Source: Verrucomicrobiota bacterium (GTDB lineage: Bacteria; Verrucomicrobiota; Verrucomicrobiia; Limisphaerales; DSYF01). From it: a stretch of DNA of 64,000 nt. Positions 51,642 to 61,816 of this stretch are shown piece by piece. Each line of letters begins with the position of its first letter. The first letter of the stretch is position 1. The notes under the pieces are model-generated. The model saw nothing but the letters and a program-made list of their open reading frames with translations. It had not been told where the DNA came from and did not search any database. Made by a program: the position numbers and the translations under genes. The stretch spans positions 3,100 through 67,099 of the forward strand of contig JALOTZ010000019.1 of assembly GCA_025457615.1 (NCBI GenBank), in the 5' to 3' direction.

Positions 51642-52396
51642 TAAAACGTGATCGTCAGTCCGCCGTCCACGGTGAGCACCTGGCCGGTGAGATAGGTGGC
51701 GTCGGGACCGGCGAGGAAGGCGGCGACTCCGGCGATTTCCTCCGGCTTGCCCGGACGGCGCAGGGCGAGATGGCCGCCGGTGACGTAGTTGGATTTGAAC
51801 CACTCGGATTCCAGTTCGTTGACGCCGTTGACGACGCTCATCGGGGTTTCGATGAAGCCGGGGGCGATGGCATTGACGAGGATGCCGTCCTTCGCGAGTT
51901 CGAGCGCCAGCCCGCGACAGAACGAATTGATCGCCGCCTTGGCCATCGCATAGGCGCTGGCATTCGGTTCGGCCCGTTCGCCGTGGATCGAGGTGATGTG
52001 GATCACGCGTCCGCCGGCAGACATCAGGGGCACGGCGAGACGGGTCATCAGCACCGCGCCATTGACCATGGTGTCGAATGGTCTGCGCCACTCGTCGAGT
52101 GGCGACGCCACGACGGCCGACGGTTGGAACGCCCCGGCAGAATTGACCAAGGCATCAAGGCGGCCCCAGCGCTCATGGAGTTGGTCGCGCAGGGCGGCGG
52201 CAACGGCCGGATCGCTGTAATCGCCGGCGCAGACGAGATGATCGCCCGCAGGAAGTTGTTCCAGCAATTCGCGCAGCGAATCCTGGCGCCGGGCGTTGAG
52301 GCAGACCTCCCAACCGTCCTTGGCGAAGCGGTGGGCGGTGGCGCGGCCAATGCCTGACGATGCCCCGGTGATGAGGACTTTCTTGCGGGATTTCAT
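51641..52396 (-). CDS. SDR-family oxidoreductase
   Basis: TGASSGIG, NSAG, YAMAK, NAIAPG, VDGG. Confidence 0.92.
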   Translation of the reverse strand: MKSRKKVLITGASSGIGRATAHRFAKDGWEVCLNARRQDSLRELLEQLPAGDHLVCAGDYSDPAVAAALRDQLHERWGRLDALVNSAGAFQPSAVVASPLDEWRRPFDTMVNGAVLMTRLAVPLMSAGGRVIHITSIHGERAEPNASAYAMAKAAINSFCRGLALELAKDGILVNAIAPGFIETPMSVVNGVNELESEWFKSNYVTGGHLALRRPGKPEEIAGVAAFLAGPDATYLTGQVLTVDGGLTITF

Positions 52397-53319
52397 GGGT
52401 TGGAATTTCTGCAGGCATGGATGGCCACGCGGGTTTCGAGCGATTGGCCGGGCGCGAGCACCGTGCACTGGCCGAGTCCGTCCGCCTGGTTGACCGAGAT
52501 GGGCATGGAAGTGCAGGGCTCGAGGATGGCCGTGAAGTGCCCGTCGAATCCGCCATACGAGGCGAACAACCAGGCGTAGGGAAAAACCTTCGTGTCGAAT
52601 TCGCAGCGGAATTCCAACCCGGTGCCCGGACGCCGCCATGCCATGCGACCGGCCTCCAGACCGGACAGATAAAAGAAATCGCACTGGTCCCCCGGCTTCG
52701 GAATGACGTTGGCCGCCTGTCCCTGGATCTGCGGCCAGGCGAAGCGTTCGAGTGTGGAAAAGCGCGACCAGGCGAGGTCGGCCACCTGACCGTGGCGCGC
52801 CGGGCATTCGATCACATCCCCCGGCTCGATGGCCAGCGCGGCGTGTAGCTTCCACATGAAATGCCGCGTTTGCCCCGTGGGATTAGCGATCCGGTAGTGC
52901 AGTTCAATACACGGCGAATCCGCGGCCAGGGCCACCCGCTTTTCGTAGCGCAGGCCGGTGAGCGGCAACGTGCTGCGAAGCAGCAGGGCGCCGTCTTCCT
53001 TCGTGCAATCCAGCGCGGTCGTCCACAACTCGCCATGGTCCGGGCACTCCACGCCATCAATACACTCGGGGATGTCATTCGGCAGCAACTCGTCGATGCC
53101 GCCGAAGAAATTGGGATCGTAGGCGGAGCCCGGTGGCATCGCCTGCAAAGCAACCCGGGAGTTCCGCCAGAGGAATTCGTGTCCGGTCCTCTTCTCGATG
53201 AGACTGACCACGCGCCCGCCGATGGCGGGCGCGATATCGACCCGCAAATGTTCGGACTCGATCCGCGTGAGGCGGATGCCGCCGAGTTCCAGCGTGCTCG
53301 GTTGGAAGGTCATGAGCAT
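52393..53319 (-). CDS. Galactose-mutarotase-like beta-sandwich protein
   Basis: GGRVVSL, GGIDELLP, PDHGELW, WKLH, ILEP. Confidence 0.75.
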   Translation of the reverse strand: MLMTFQPSTLELGGIRLTRIESEHLRVDIAPAIGGRVVSLIEKRTGHEFLWRNSRVALQAMPPGSAYDPNFFGGIDELLPNDIPECIDGVECPDHGELWTTALDCTKEDGALLLRSTLPLTGLRYEKRVALAADSPCIELHYRIANPTGQTRHFMWKLHAALAIEPGDVIECPARHGQVADLAWSRFSTLERFAWPQIQGQAANVIPKPGDQCDFFYLSGLEAGRMAWRRPGTGLEFRCEFDTKVFPYAWLFASYGGFDGHFTAILEPCTSMPISVNQADGLGQCTVLAPGQSLETRVAIHACRNSNP

Positions 53320-54519
53320 TCAAGGCGAAGGCGGTAAAGCGGGCGCAAGGACGTGGACAGGCACGGACTCCGGGGCGCAAACGACCGGACGCCCCTCGTC
53401 TGGGGCCGTCCGGATTGTTGGCTCGCCTGCGCCGCAAGCGGTGACGTCCGAGTCACGCCGCGCCTCCCCCAAGACCTCCAGCAGGAGGGGAATCCGTTCG
53501 CGCCAGTTTGGGGGCAGATCTTCGGAGATTTCAAAAGCAAACGCCCGCGGCCCGGCGCGGCGCAGCTTGTCCGCGACAGCCTCGCGAAAATCCGCCTCGG
53601 GTTTGGCGTAGAGGCCCACATTCACATTGCCCCACAGCACCTTGTCCGGCCAGGCGGCGCGGCACTCCTCGTAGCGCATGTCGCCCTCGGGCGGCTCGGT
53701 GAGGGACTCGACCATGTGGAAGGGAGCCGCGGCAATCTGGTCGGCGATGAGGGAGAGCGCGCCGTCGTAGTGGACCATCACGCGCTTGCCTCCCGCCTCG
53801 AGGATGGGCACCCCCTCGCGATAAACCGGGAGGAGCAGTTCGGCGTAACGCGCGGGGCCGAGCATGCCGATGGTGAGGTTCTCCAGCCACTTCACGTAGC
53901 GGCCGGGTGCCGCCGCGAGGAGTTTCTGCTCGGCGATAAACTGCGTTTTCAGCGCCGCGCAAAGTTCGTGGAGTTCCTCGACCTCCGAGGCCAGATCCAT
54001 GCAGAACTGCTCGGTGCCCGCAAGGTCCACGTTGATTTTCATCGCGGGCGTGCGGTGGGTCCAGTTGCCCGCGCCGGTGAGCAGGACCACCCCGCGGTCG
54101 CCGACGGCGGCTTCGGCCTCGTGGCAACGGTTGGGACGCGGGACGAGTTCGGTGTTGTCCACGATCCACTTCCAGGTCGTGTAGTCTGCGGGCTCCTTGA
54201 TCCATTCCTCGTCATGCCAGCCATTGCGCGTAACCTTGCGCACGGTGCCGACCGGCGTGCGCTTGGTGTGGAGGCAAAGCACGTCGGCACCCTCGCGGCG
54301 CTCTTCGATGCTTGTCTCGACCCCGTGCTCGATCGCCTCAACGGCCTCGCAGTGATGAGTGACCAGCAGGCCGCGATCAAACAACTCCCGCCACTCGGGC
54401 CGGTCCATGGCGACGCGCAGGCCGGTGGATGTCGTGGCGCCGAGATTCCAGTCGTAGATGCTCAGCGGGGTGCGCTTTGGCGAGCCGCCTTCAAGAACGG
54501 TGACAAGGCTTTGCTTCAT
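53320..54519 (-). CDS. URO-D/MtaA-fold protein
   Basis: TPVG, WIKEPADY, VHYDG, VESLTEPPEGD, WGNVN; C-terminal tail may be read-through. Confidence 0.7.
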   Translation of the reverse strand: MKQSLVTVLEGGSPKRTPLSIYDWNLGATTSTGLRVAMDRPEWRELFDRGLLVTHHCEAVEAIEHGVETSIEERREGADVLCLHTKRTPVGTVRKVTRNGWHDEEWIKEPADYTTWKWIVDNTELVPRPNRCHEAEAAVGDRGVVLLTGAGNWTHRTPAMKINVDLAGTEQFCMDLASEVEELHELCAALKTQFIAEQKLLAAAPGRYVKWLENLTIGMLGPARYAELLLPVYREGVPILEAGGKRVMVHYDGALSLIADQIAAAPFHMVESLTEPPEGDMRYEECRAAWPDKVLWGNVNVGLYAKPEADFREAVADKLRRAGPRAFAFEISEDLPPNWRERIPLLLEVLGEARRDSDVTACGAGEPTIRTAPDEGRPVVCAPESVPVHVLAPALPPSP

Positions 54520-54528
54520 GTCTCGGGA

Positions 54529-55626
54529 TCATTGACCCGCTCCGAATCCGGCGATCATCGCGCGGGCTTCATCCATTTCCTGCGGAGGCACCTTGCCATA
54601 CATCATGATGCCCGAGGCGTCGCCGAGCTGATCGGCCAGCACTTCCAGCGAGCGCCAGCCCAGTGGATCCTGGTCGGTGAAAAACTGGATGCGTTTTCCG
54701 GCGGCACGGATTTTCCGATAGACGTCCGGCCACTTGGTCACGGGCGGCTGTCCGGCACCCGGCACCCACTGGATGCCTTTCAGTTCCGGGATCTCCAACA
54801 ACGCGTCGAGATGTTTCAAGGCGCCGGGGCCGTCGAGATGGAAGAACGCGTTTCCAAGCCGGCGGCAGGTCGCCGTGATCTCGGGCAGCGCAAACCGCCG
54901 GAAGGCGTCCGTGCCGATCATGAACGAAAAATCGCACTGCAAAATGTAATAGGGCGTCTCCGAGTAAAGCGGCGTCCAGGCCGTGTAGCCGGGGTGCCCC
55001 TGTTGAATGATCGCGCTGATTTCCCCGAAATACTTCCACCACATGTCATGGGCCCGCCGGACGAGGCGCTCGACCTCTTCCGGCGCATCATAGAGGTCCA
55101 TCGCCAGATTGCCGGGTTCGCGGAACGTGGCCACGATGTCGAGGTTGCCGCCGAGATCGGTCATGGACAATTGAACGAGGGCCCCGAAGCGGTCCGCCGC
55201 CGTGCGATAGATTTCGCACACCCGCCGGAACCAGCGGTTGTCGGGGTCGAACTCCATCCTGATCTCGCCCGGTTCGTTGCGCTCCGGCGGCTTGAACCAA
55301 ACCGTCCCCTCGCCGTTCACCAGCTCCAGCCCCATGAAGGCGGCGACCACGCCGGGGCCGAAATTTGGAAGCACCCAGGGAAACGAATCGCCAAGAAACC
55401 ACCGGCCTTCGAGATCGTAAAGCCAGACATCGACAATCTGATCCGGGCTGACGGCATTGTCATAAAAACTCGCGAAGGCATGCAGCGGCAGCACGGGCAT
55501 CGGGCGGCCCGGATCGCGGCCATCCGCCGTGAGGTGGATCAGCGGCCTGGTGGATTTCCCGCTCCACCAATCGCGGTGCGCCTCCTCCACAGCCTTCCAA
55601 CGGGTTTGGTCGAAATCAATGTTCAT
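54529..55626 (-). CDS. URO-D-like (methyltransferase-fold) protein
   Basis: GDSFP..NFGPG, TDLGGNLD, LQCDFS, FHLDGPGA, IQWVPGAG. Confidence 0.75.
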   Translation of the reverse strand: MNIDFDQTRWKAVEEAHRDWWSGKSTRPLIHLTADGRDPGRPMPVLPLHAFASFYDNAVSPDQIVDVWLYDLEGRWFLGDSFPWVLPNFGPGVVAAFMGLELVNGEGTVWFKPPERNEPGEIRMEFDPDNRWFRRVCEIYRTAADRFGALVQLSMTDLGGNLDIVATFREPGNLAMDLYDAPEEVERLVRRAHDMWWKYFGEISAIIQQGHPGYTAWTPLYSETPYYILQCDFSFMIGTDAFRRFALPEITATCRRLGNAFFHLDGPGALKHLDALLEIPELKGIQWVPGAGQPPVTKWPDVYRKIRAAGKRIQFFTDQDPLGWRSLEVLADQLGDASGIMMYGKVPPQEMDEARAMIAGFGAGQ

Positions 55627-55639
55627 GGTGCGACGCGGG

Positions 55640-56683
55640 TCAGTGGATTTTTCCGGGCACGGGAAGGTGACGGCAACCTTCCTGCGCGTGGGCTTCCTCG
55701 ATGAAGGCGAGCATGTTTTCCAGCGGCACGTCGCCTTCCACCGCATGGGAGGGCGAGAAGACATAGCCGCCGGCCGCGCCGCGCGCGAGCAGGTCGCGCG
55801 ACTCCGCCCGCACCTCCGCGACTCCTTTGTGCGGCAGCGTGACTTGCGTGGACAACCCGCCCCAGAACGAAAGCCGTCCCCGGTAACGCTCGAGCAAACC
55901 GCGGATGTCCATCGCCTCGGGCTGGAAGGGATTGAAGAGGTTGAGACCGATGCCGGCGAGATCGTCGAACAATTCATCCACGTCGCCGCAGGAATGGATC
56001 ACCTGGAATTTTCCCGCTCCCCTCACCTCGCCATACATGCGTCGCAGTCGCGGATAGATGAATTTCTTCCAGGCGCCGTAGCCCATGATCAGGCCGGCCT
56101 GCTGGCCCCAGTCGTCGCCGAAATACACGGCGTCGATATCATGCTCCAGCGCCCGCTTCACGAGTTCGATGTTGTGGTCGGCGATCGTGTCGAGCAGGTG
56201 GTGCACGAATTCGGGGTTTTCGATGAAATCCGCGAGCAGATCCTCGAAGCCGCGCATCGACCACGCGCGCTCGAACAGCGAGAAATCCACCGGAAACAAC
56301 CGGAAACAATCGGGCCGCCTGCTGATGGCGGCGTCGATGCCGCCGAAAATGCGCGGGTCGTCCGCCGCGGGCATGGCCAGCCCGTCGAGCGTGGGTTCCG
56401 GCAAGAGGCAGTTCTCGACGACTCCGATGTCCTTGTCCTGCGTGCGGTTCCAAATCACCCCGAAGCGGTCCTTCACCCGTCCGTCGCCCAAATCCTCCAT
56501 GATCCCCATCTGCCCGCCCACAGCCAGGATGTGACTGTGCAGGTGCGCGTCCAATGCGTCCGCCGCAACCCCGTAATGGGCGCACAAGGTCTCCGCCGCC
56601 TCCGAGGTGAACCAGAACGACCACGGAACGTAGGGCGGTTTCCCGCCGCGCAAAACGGTGCTCACCACTTCTCGTTTCGTCAT
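55640..56683 (-). CDS. URO-D/MtaA-family protein
   Basis: DRFGVIW, LFERAWSMRGFE, GDDWGQQ, HSCG (Zn ligands), WGGLSTQ, GGYVFSPSH. Confidence 0.88.
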   Translation of the reverse strand: MTKREVVSTVLRGGKPPYVPWSFWFTSEAAETLCAHYGVAADALDAHLHSHILAVGGQMGIMEDLGDGRVKDRFGVIWNRTQDKDIGVVENCLLPEPTLDGLAMPAADDPRIFGGIDAAISRRPDCFRLFPVDFSLFERAWSMRGFEDLLADFIENPEFVHHLLDTIADHNIELVKRALEHDIDAVYFGDDWGQQAGLIMGYGAWKKFIYPRLRRMYGEVRGAGKFQVIHSCGDVDELFDDLAGIGLNLFNPFQPEAMDIRGLLERYRGRLSFWGGLSTQVTLPHKGVAEVRAESRDLLARGAAGGYVFSPSHAVEGDVPLENMLAFIEEAHAQEGCRHLPVPGKIH

Positions 56684-56785
56684 AGCCAAATCATTCTCGC
56701 TGCGATGCGGAGCGCGCGCCCACTCCCCCCTCCGCTTGTGTGAAGCGTTGCTTCCGCTTCCCCCACGGTCCAATACCCGTCCTTT

Positions 56786-59700
56786 TCAATCAGCCAGCCA
56801 CAGTTCGACCATGCGTTGGCTGGTGCGGAAGTTGAGTTCAAAGTTCGGGCTCCAGGCGAAATACTCGCCGCGCCCGGCGTTGGACCGATAAAGGTTGGCG
56901 AACACGACGCCGTCGGGTTTGACACCCCCTTCGACCAGCGCCGACAACGGGAAGGCAAAGCTCGCCCGCCAGGCAAAGCGGTCGGAGGTATCGGAGACGG
57001 CCACCGCGCCGCTGTCCCATTTGGCATCGGGCCGGTCATGGGCGACGGCGGCGACCTTGCCGGCAGGGTTGAGCATCAATTGCCGGGGCTGAGCCTGACG
57101 CGACCCGGCAAAGAACACTTCCCAATCGTCGCCGCCCCAGATGGCATCGTTACTCACCAGGCCGGTCGCGTCGCGCAGATGCTCGACTTTGACATAGAGA
57201 AACTCCCCGTCGTGCGCCCACCAGGCTTTGAGTTGCTGGCCGGACGGGTAGCCGGTGACCGTAAACCAGTCTCCAGTGGTTGCGGCGGCTGGTCGCCAAT
57301 CCACCCGCTGGAGATCGCCTTGCGCCGAAGCAATCCGGGGCACGGCCAGCCGGGCCGGGGGCTGCGACTGAAGCCGTCGCCGGGCGGCTTCCTGCGGCTG
57401 CTTGGCAGCGTATGCGGCGGAGGCCTTGACCATCGGCTGCCAGAGTCCTTCCTCGAAGAGGGCCACCCGCTGCCGCGCCAGCGGCGTGTCGGCTTCCGCC
57501 TTGGCGCGGCTGATCAAACCGGCCCACCGCTCCATCCGCGACGGAGTGCCCAGGTATTCCCAGGCGATTTGTTCGGTTTGATGCCATTGGCCCGGCTTGT
57601 TCTGCACGTCCGGCGGGTAATTGGTGGAGGTCATGTACGTCTGCTCGATCTGCTGGTAAAGCTCCTGCATGGCCGAACCGGCCGCGCCGTAGTAGCGCGA
57701 GAAGAATTCGTGGATCAACTGGTTCGCGTCCTGATCCGGGTCGTCCGCCAGCTTCCAGGTCAGGTAGAGTTCCAACTGATCCATCAGGAAGGTCTGTCCA
57801 AATTCGCCGGAGTGCTCGAGGAAGATGCCCCGAATACCCGCCTGATGGTAGAGTGCCATCTGCTCCGCGACCGTGTGCGCGAAGAATCCGGGGAAGAACT
57901 GCCATCCCTCCGCCCAGGTTTGCAGCGCCGGGAAACAATAATACAGCCAGAGGTAGGTCGGACGCGTGACGCCCTCCCGGGTCCAGTCCGAGAACGTCTT
58001 CCGATCATTCTGCTGGAGAACCGGCGAATACCAGTTGCGCACTTGCAAACAGATCTGCACCGCGAGGTTGGGCTCGAGTGGCAGTCCTTCCGGATAATAG
58101 CCGTACTTGCTGTAGGCCAAGGTGCCAATGAATTTGCCGGGGTGGGTCTTGGCCACTTCCCGCGCCACTTGGTTGGCAAAACCGAAGATGTACTGGCTGG
58201 CCCGGCCATTGATCCACAGCGGATAGTTCTCGCCATAGCGGGGATCGAGTTGGGCCTGGCAGGCCGGGCATTTGCACCAGCTCTCACTGTCCTGCGGGAC
58301 CACGGCGAAGACATCCCCCTGCCCCATCGCGCCCGGCTTCAGGCCCTTGCCATCAAAATAATCCCGCGCATCTTGAACCACCTGCGCCAGCAGGCCTGTG
58401 CTGCTAAAACAAGGCTGCGGTGGCCGCCCCGAGTAGCCCTGCGCAAACCAGTCGGGATGCCTGGCCAGATGATCCTCGAAATACCCGGTGAAGGAGTGGT
58501 TCACCTGATACGGCGCGCCCCCGAGCCGCAGCCGCAGCTTCCAGAGCGTCGCGTCGGCGTCCGAAATCGCCGGCCGGGCCGGACCCGGCAGGTAGAACGG
58601 CGACCACACCATCCAGCGATATTCCATCGCCGGCTTACGACGAAGGTTCGACCCGCTCACCGTCAGCGTGCTGCGGGGCTCCACGCTCGTGCCCAGTTCC
58701 CCCGGCAGATACCACCGGACACCGCACTGGCGTTCCAAAAAGTCGTAGGTGGCGTCCAGTGTCCCGCGATCTTCGAAATACCACGGCGGATCCACGACGC
58801 GCTGGAACCGGCTCTCGTCCCGCGGCGAACCCTGGCCCTCGTCGAAGTTCACCAGCAACGTCGTGTCCGCATCCGCGGCCAGCGGCTGGGCGTTCCAGGG
58901 TTCCTCCGTGCGTCGCGCCCGGCTTGAAACACGCAAACCATCAATCCGTCCGCGCAAGCCGTTGCGCACCTCCGGCCACTCACCCCAATGCTGGGGCGTA
59001 ACGCCCCCCACACTCAGGGCTGCGCCCGCCAGGGCGGTGGGTTTGTAGCTCGCGGGCGCATAAGCCACGCCGTCCACCGCGAGCGTGAGGGTTCCCGCCG
59101 TCGCGCTGTGAGTGGCGCGGACAAAGTGCCACCCCTCCGCCAGGGGCGCGCTGACGGTCAAAGCCCGTTGCCCATCCGGTGAGAGCGCCGAATAGGCAAC
59201 GCAATGGTTGGCCAGCGTTTGAACCAGGTGATAGGAAATGGGCGCCCGCCCATTGTTGTCCCGACCCTGCAGCCGGGCGATGGTGCCGTCGTCCACGAAG
59301 CCTTCTTTGGGCCGATACACCCACACTTCAATGGAGCCTTCCCGATCCTCGAAACCGGAATCCGGGACATAGAGGAACTGGCCGCGGTTGAACTCGATCG
59401 CGCCGCCCCACTTGCCTGAAACCCAGGCCGACTGATCAGGCCGGCGCTCCTCCTGGTCGCGTCCCAGCAAGACCACGGTGTCCGGACCCAATTGAATCGC
59501 GTGCTCCTGCGGGGCGAAGTCCGCACCCCGCAGTCCCTGGGCCCGGCTGGCCGCGCTCTCGCCCACAAGAATGCGCGGACCGGAAACCGTCGTCGCCTCC
59601 GTCACCACAGGCAGGTTCGTGCCGGTGATCTTGCGGATATGGTCGTTGAGTTCGCGGACGGCGAACGCCGCCGCCCGGCTGGGCGTCGCGCCCACCACAA

Positions 59701-59866
59701 TCGTGGCCGCCGGAGCGCCTTCGCGCACCAGCGTCATGGGGGGTTCGGCAGCAGCCGTCCTGGGTGCAGGCGGGTGTTGCACGGGCTGCGGACCGCAACC
59801 CGCGGCCAGCAAGGCGATAGCTGCGGACAGTGTCAGTGCTTGTTTCATAAGAATCTTAGGTTTCAT
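56786..59866 (-). CDS. DUF4838-like lipoprotein with LamG insert and C-terminal CBM9-like domain
   Basis: Lipobox LAAGC; GH20/67-like N-domain; LamG (GSIEVW..GWHFV..GRIDGLRVS); GTLDATYDFLE..GVRWY, QPCFS, WCKCPAC; WGGDDWEVF. Confidence 0.8.
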   Translation of the reverse strand: MKPKILMKQALTLSAAIALLAAGCGPQPVQHPPAPRTAAAEPPMTLVREGAPAATIVVGATPSRAAAFAVRELNDHIRKITGTNLPVVTEATTVSGPRILVGESAASRAQGLRGADFAPQEHAIQLGPDTVVLLGRDQEERRPDQSAWVSGKWGGAIEFNRGQFLYVPDSGFEDREGSIEVWVYRPKEGFVDDGTIARLQGRDNNGRAPISYHLVQTLANHCVAYSALSPDGQRALTVSAPLAEGWHFVRATHSATAGTLTLAVDGVAYAPASYKPTALAGAALSVGGVTPQHWGEWPEVRNGLRGRIDGLRVSSRARRTEEPWNAQPLAADADTTLLVNFDEGQGSPRDESRFQRVVDPPWYFEDRGTLDATYDFLERQCGVRWYLPGELGTSVEPRSTLTVSGSNLRRKPAMEYRWMVWSPFYLPGPARPAISDADATLWKLRLRLGGAPYQVNHSFTGYFEDHLARHPDWFAQGYSGRPPQPCFSSTGLLAQVVQDARDYFDGKGLKPGAMGQGDVFAVVPQDSESWCKCPACQAQLDPRYGENYPLWINGRASQYIFGFANQVAREVAKTHPGKFIGTLAYSKYGYYPEGLPLEPNLAVQICLQVRNWYSPVLQQNDRKTFSDWTREGVTRPTYLWLYYCFPALQTWAEGWQFFPGFFAHTVAEQMALYHQAGIRGIFLEHSGEFGQTFLMDQLELYLTWKLADDPDQDANQLIHEFFSRYYGAAGSAMQELYQQIEQTYMTSTNYPPDVQNKPGQWHQTEQIAWEYLGTPSRMERWAGLISRAKAEADTPLARQRVALFEEGLWQPMVKASAAYAAKQPQEAARRRLQSQPPARLAVPRIASAQGDLQRVDWRPAAATTGDWFTVTGYPSGQQLKAWWAHDGEFLYVKVEHLRDATGLVSNDAIWGGDDWEVFFAGSRQAQPRQLMLNPAGKVAAVAHDRPDAKWDSGAVAVSDTSDRFAWRASFAFPLSALVEGGVKPDGVVFANLYRSNAGRGEYFAWSPNFELNFRTSQRMVELWLAD

Positions 59867-59869
59867 GTT

Positions 59870-61816
59870 TCAGGTTGGGCTGATTGACGCGGACCCGGGG
59901 GCTTGGGCCGGCTCGCGCTCGAGGACGCGCAGGATGTGGAGCACCAACAGGTTGGCCGCGAGCGCAATCACCGCCGCCACACCGAACCAGATGACTTCCC
60001 GCTCCATGCCCAGCCGCAGCGTCCAACCGGTGCGCAGCCACAACAGCGGCAGGGTGACCAGGGTTTGAATCCCCATCACCATGATCACGCCATGGTGCGG
60101 AATGCCGTAGCGCGTGTCGGCGCCGGCCGCGCGCGCGCGCGCATCGCGCACCACCCCCCGTACCTGCCAGAGCCAGCCGGCCAGGACCAGGCTGGCGGCT
60201 GGCAGAAACACCAGGGCATGCCACCAGAAGGCCTGCTGCATTCCGCGCTGCTGGAACAACCACAGGAACACCAGGAGCGAGACCAGGAACAGCCCGAAAG
60301 CCGCCGTGAACAGATGCAACGCCACAACCAGCCACTTCGCATGCACGGCCACCGGAACCGCCTTGTCCGACATGTCTTCGTACCCATCCGGACTCCAGGG
60401 TGCGGGGGCCTGATAGTGTTCATCCCCGCCGAGGCGTTTCCATTCCCGATAACTCAGCAGGGTGAACACGGCATAGACGACGGCCAGCGGCCAGATCCAG
60501 ACGAAGAGGAAGCGATAGGCAAAATCGGATCCGTGGCAGAACCCTTTCACCAGGTCAATGAACACCCCGGCCAGCAACCCGGCAATGATCACGCCCACCG
60601 AGCGGATCACGGAAGCCGCCGAACAAAATTGCCCGTAACGCGAGGGCGGCAGCACGCGCATGTACACCGGCACATAGGCATTCTGATTGAGCGTGATGCT
60701 GAAGGTCTGGACGATGATGTTGCCCATGTTCAGCCAGAAGAACACCAGCGCCGGCACCGTCACCGGCACCCAAATCCAGTCCGAATAGTTGACGGTCAGG
60801 ACCCCGAACAGCGCCAGGTAAGCCGTGATGCGCAACGGATGCCAGCGGTCCACGTAGATCGCCGCCACATACATCGCCGCCATGCCCGCCAGCAATCCCA
60901 CCGCGGTGAATTTGCCGATCTGATCCAGGGTCAACCCCATGTTCCGGTAAAAGAAGACCTGAAAGATGCCGACCGACCAGGCCACGGCGGCGAAGGCTTG
61001 CATGAGGTAAAACATCCAGTAAAGCCGGTGCGAGAAGCATTCGCGCCCGAAGCAGCGCACCTCGGCTGCCAGCCGCTGGAGCCGGCTGCCTTGCGGGGCG
61101 GCGGGCGGCGGCGGATACTCGCCTTCCTTGACGCGCCAGCACATCAGCCCCATGCCCACCGCATAGAGCAGCGACGCCCCGGTGAAAATCTCGCGCATGT
61201 GCGTGTCCGCATACTTGAAAACAAACGCGCTGAACCCGGCGCTGGCCAGCGTGCCGGCCATGCGAAACAGCCCGAAGAACCGCCCGAGAAACTGCGCCGG
61301 CACCACGTCGTTGAACAGGTAGTAGAACACCGAGGTGACGTACATGTTGAAGAACGAGAACGAGACCATGAAGACCGCAATCAACGCCACGGTGACCGTC
61401 GCCGGCGCCAGACGCTGAAGCGCGGGAAGCCATTTCAACAGGCTGGCCGAAATCGGGTCCACCCAGCCCATCGCCACCAGGCTCACACACAGAAAGGGCA
61501 ACGAACCCAGGACAAACGGAATCCGCCTTCCCCACTTGCTCCGGTAACGGTCGCTTTTGAAGCTGACCCACGGGCAGATGGTCATGTTGAGAACGGCTGG
61601 CAGGGTGGTCATGACCAGGCCCATGACCCAGTTCGGCGCCTCGAGGGCCTTGAGCTTGAGCGGCAGAATGGCGGGCACCACCGCTTCCATCAGGGTGAAA
61701 CAGAACGAGCCCCAGAGCATCCAGGCAAACAAGCCGGTCAATCCCCGCACGGTGTAGCGCAGCGAACCGCAGTGATACACCTTGGGGGCCAGACCGCTGG
61801 CCACGGCGTCACTCAT
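59870..61816 (-). CDS. MFS transporter with extra C-terminal membrane segments
   Basis: SDRYRSKWGRRIPF motif A, DVVPAQFLGRF, VDRWHP, PPSRYGQF; ~4 additional hydrophobic helices. Confidence 0.88.
   Translation of the reverse strand: MSDAVASGLAPKVYHCGSLRYTVRGLTGLFAWMLWGSFCFTLMEAVVPAILPLKLKALEAPNWVMGLVMTTLPAVLNMTICPWVSFKSDRYRSKWGRRIPFVLGSLPFLCVSLVAMGWVDPISASLLKWLPALQRLAPATVTVALIAVFMVSFSFFNMYVTSVFYYLFNDVVPAQFLGRFFGLFRMAGTLASAGFSAFVFKYADTHMREIFTGASLLYAVGMGLMCWRVKEGEYPPPPAAPQGSRLQRLAAEVRCFGRECFSHRLYWMFYLMQAFAAVAWSVGIFQVFFYRNMGLTLDQIGKFTAVGLLAGMAAMYVAAIYVDRWHPLRITAYLALFGVLTVNYSDWIWVPVTVPALVFFWLNMGNIIVQTFSITLNQNAYVPVYMRVLPPSRYGQFCSAASVIRSVGVIIAGLLAGVFIDLVKGFCHGSDFAYRFLFVWIWPLAVVYAVFTLLSYREWKRLGGDEHYQAPAPWSPDGYEDMSDKAVPVAVHAKWLVVALHLFTAAFGLFLVSLLVFLWLFQQRGMQQAFWWHALVFLPAASLVLAGWLWQVRGVVRDARARAAGADTRYGIPHHGVIMVMGIQTLVTLPLLWLRTGWTLRLGMEREVIWFGVAAVIALAANLLVLHILRVLEREPAQAPGSASISPT

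Noticed and set aside
53385-53413. Hairpin CCGGACG..CGTCCGG as a terminator
   Set aside because: Lies within an open frame mid-operon and has no U tract
13402-56773. Apparent N-terminal extensions or fusions in the ORF track (e.g. 13402, 16115, 17914, 24754, 52091, 52855, 55977)
   Set aside because: They overlap upstream genes or the tRNA; downstream ATGs coupled to the previous stop codons fit better
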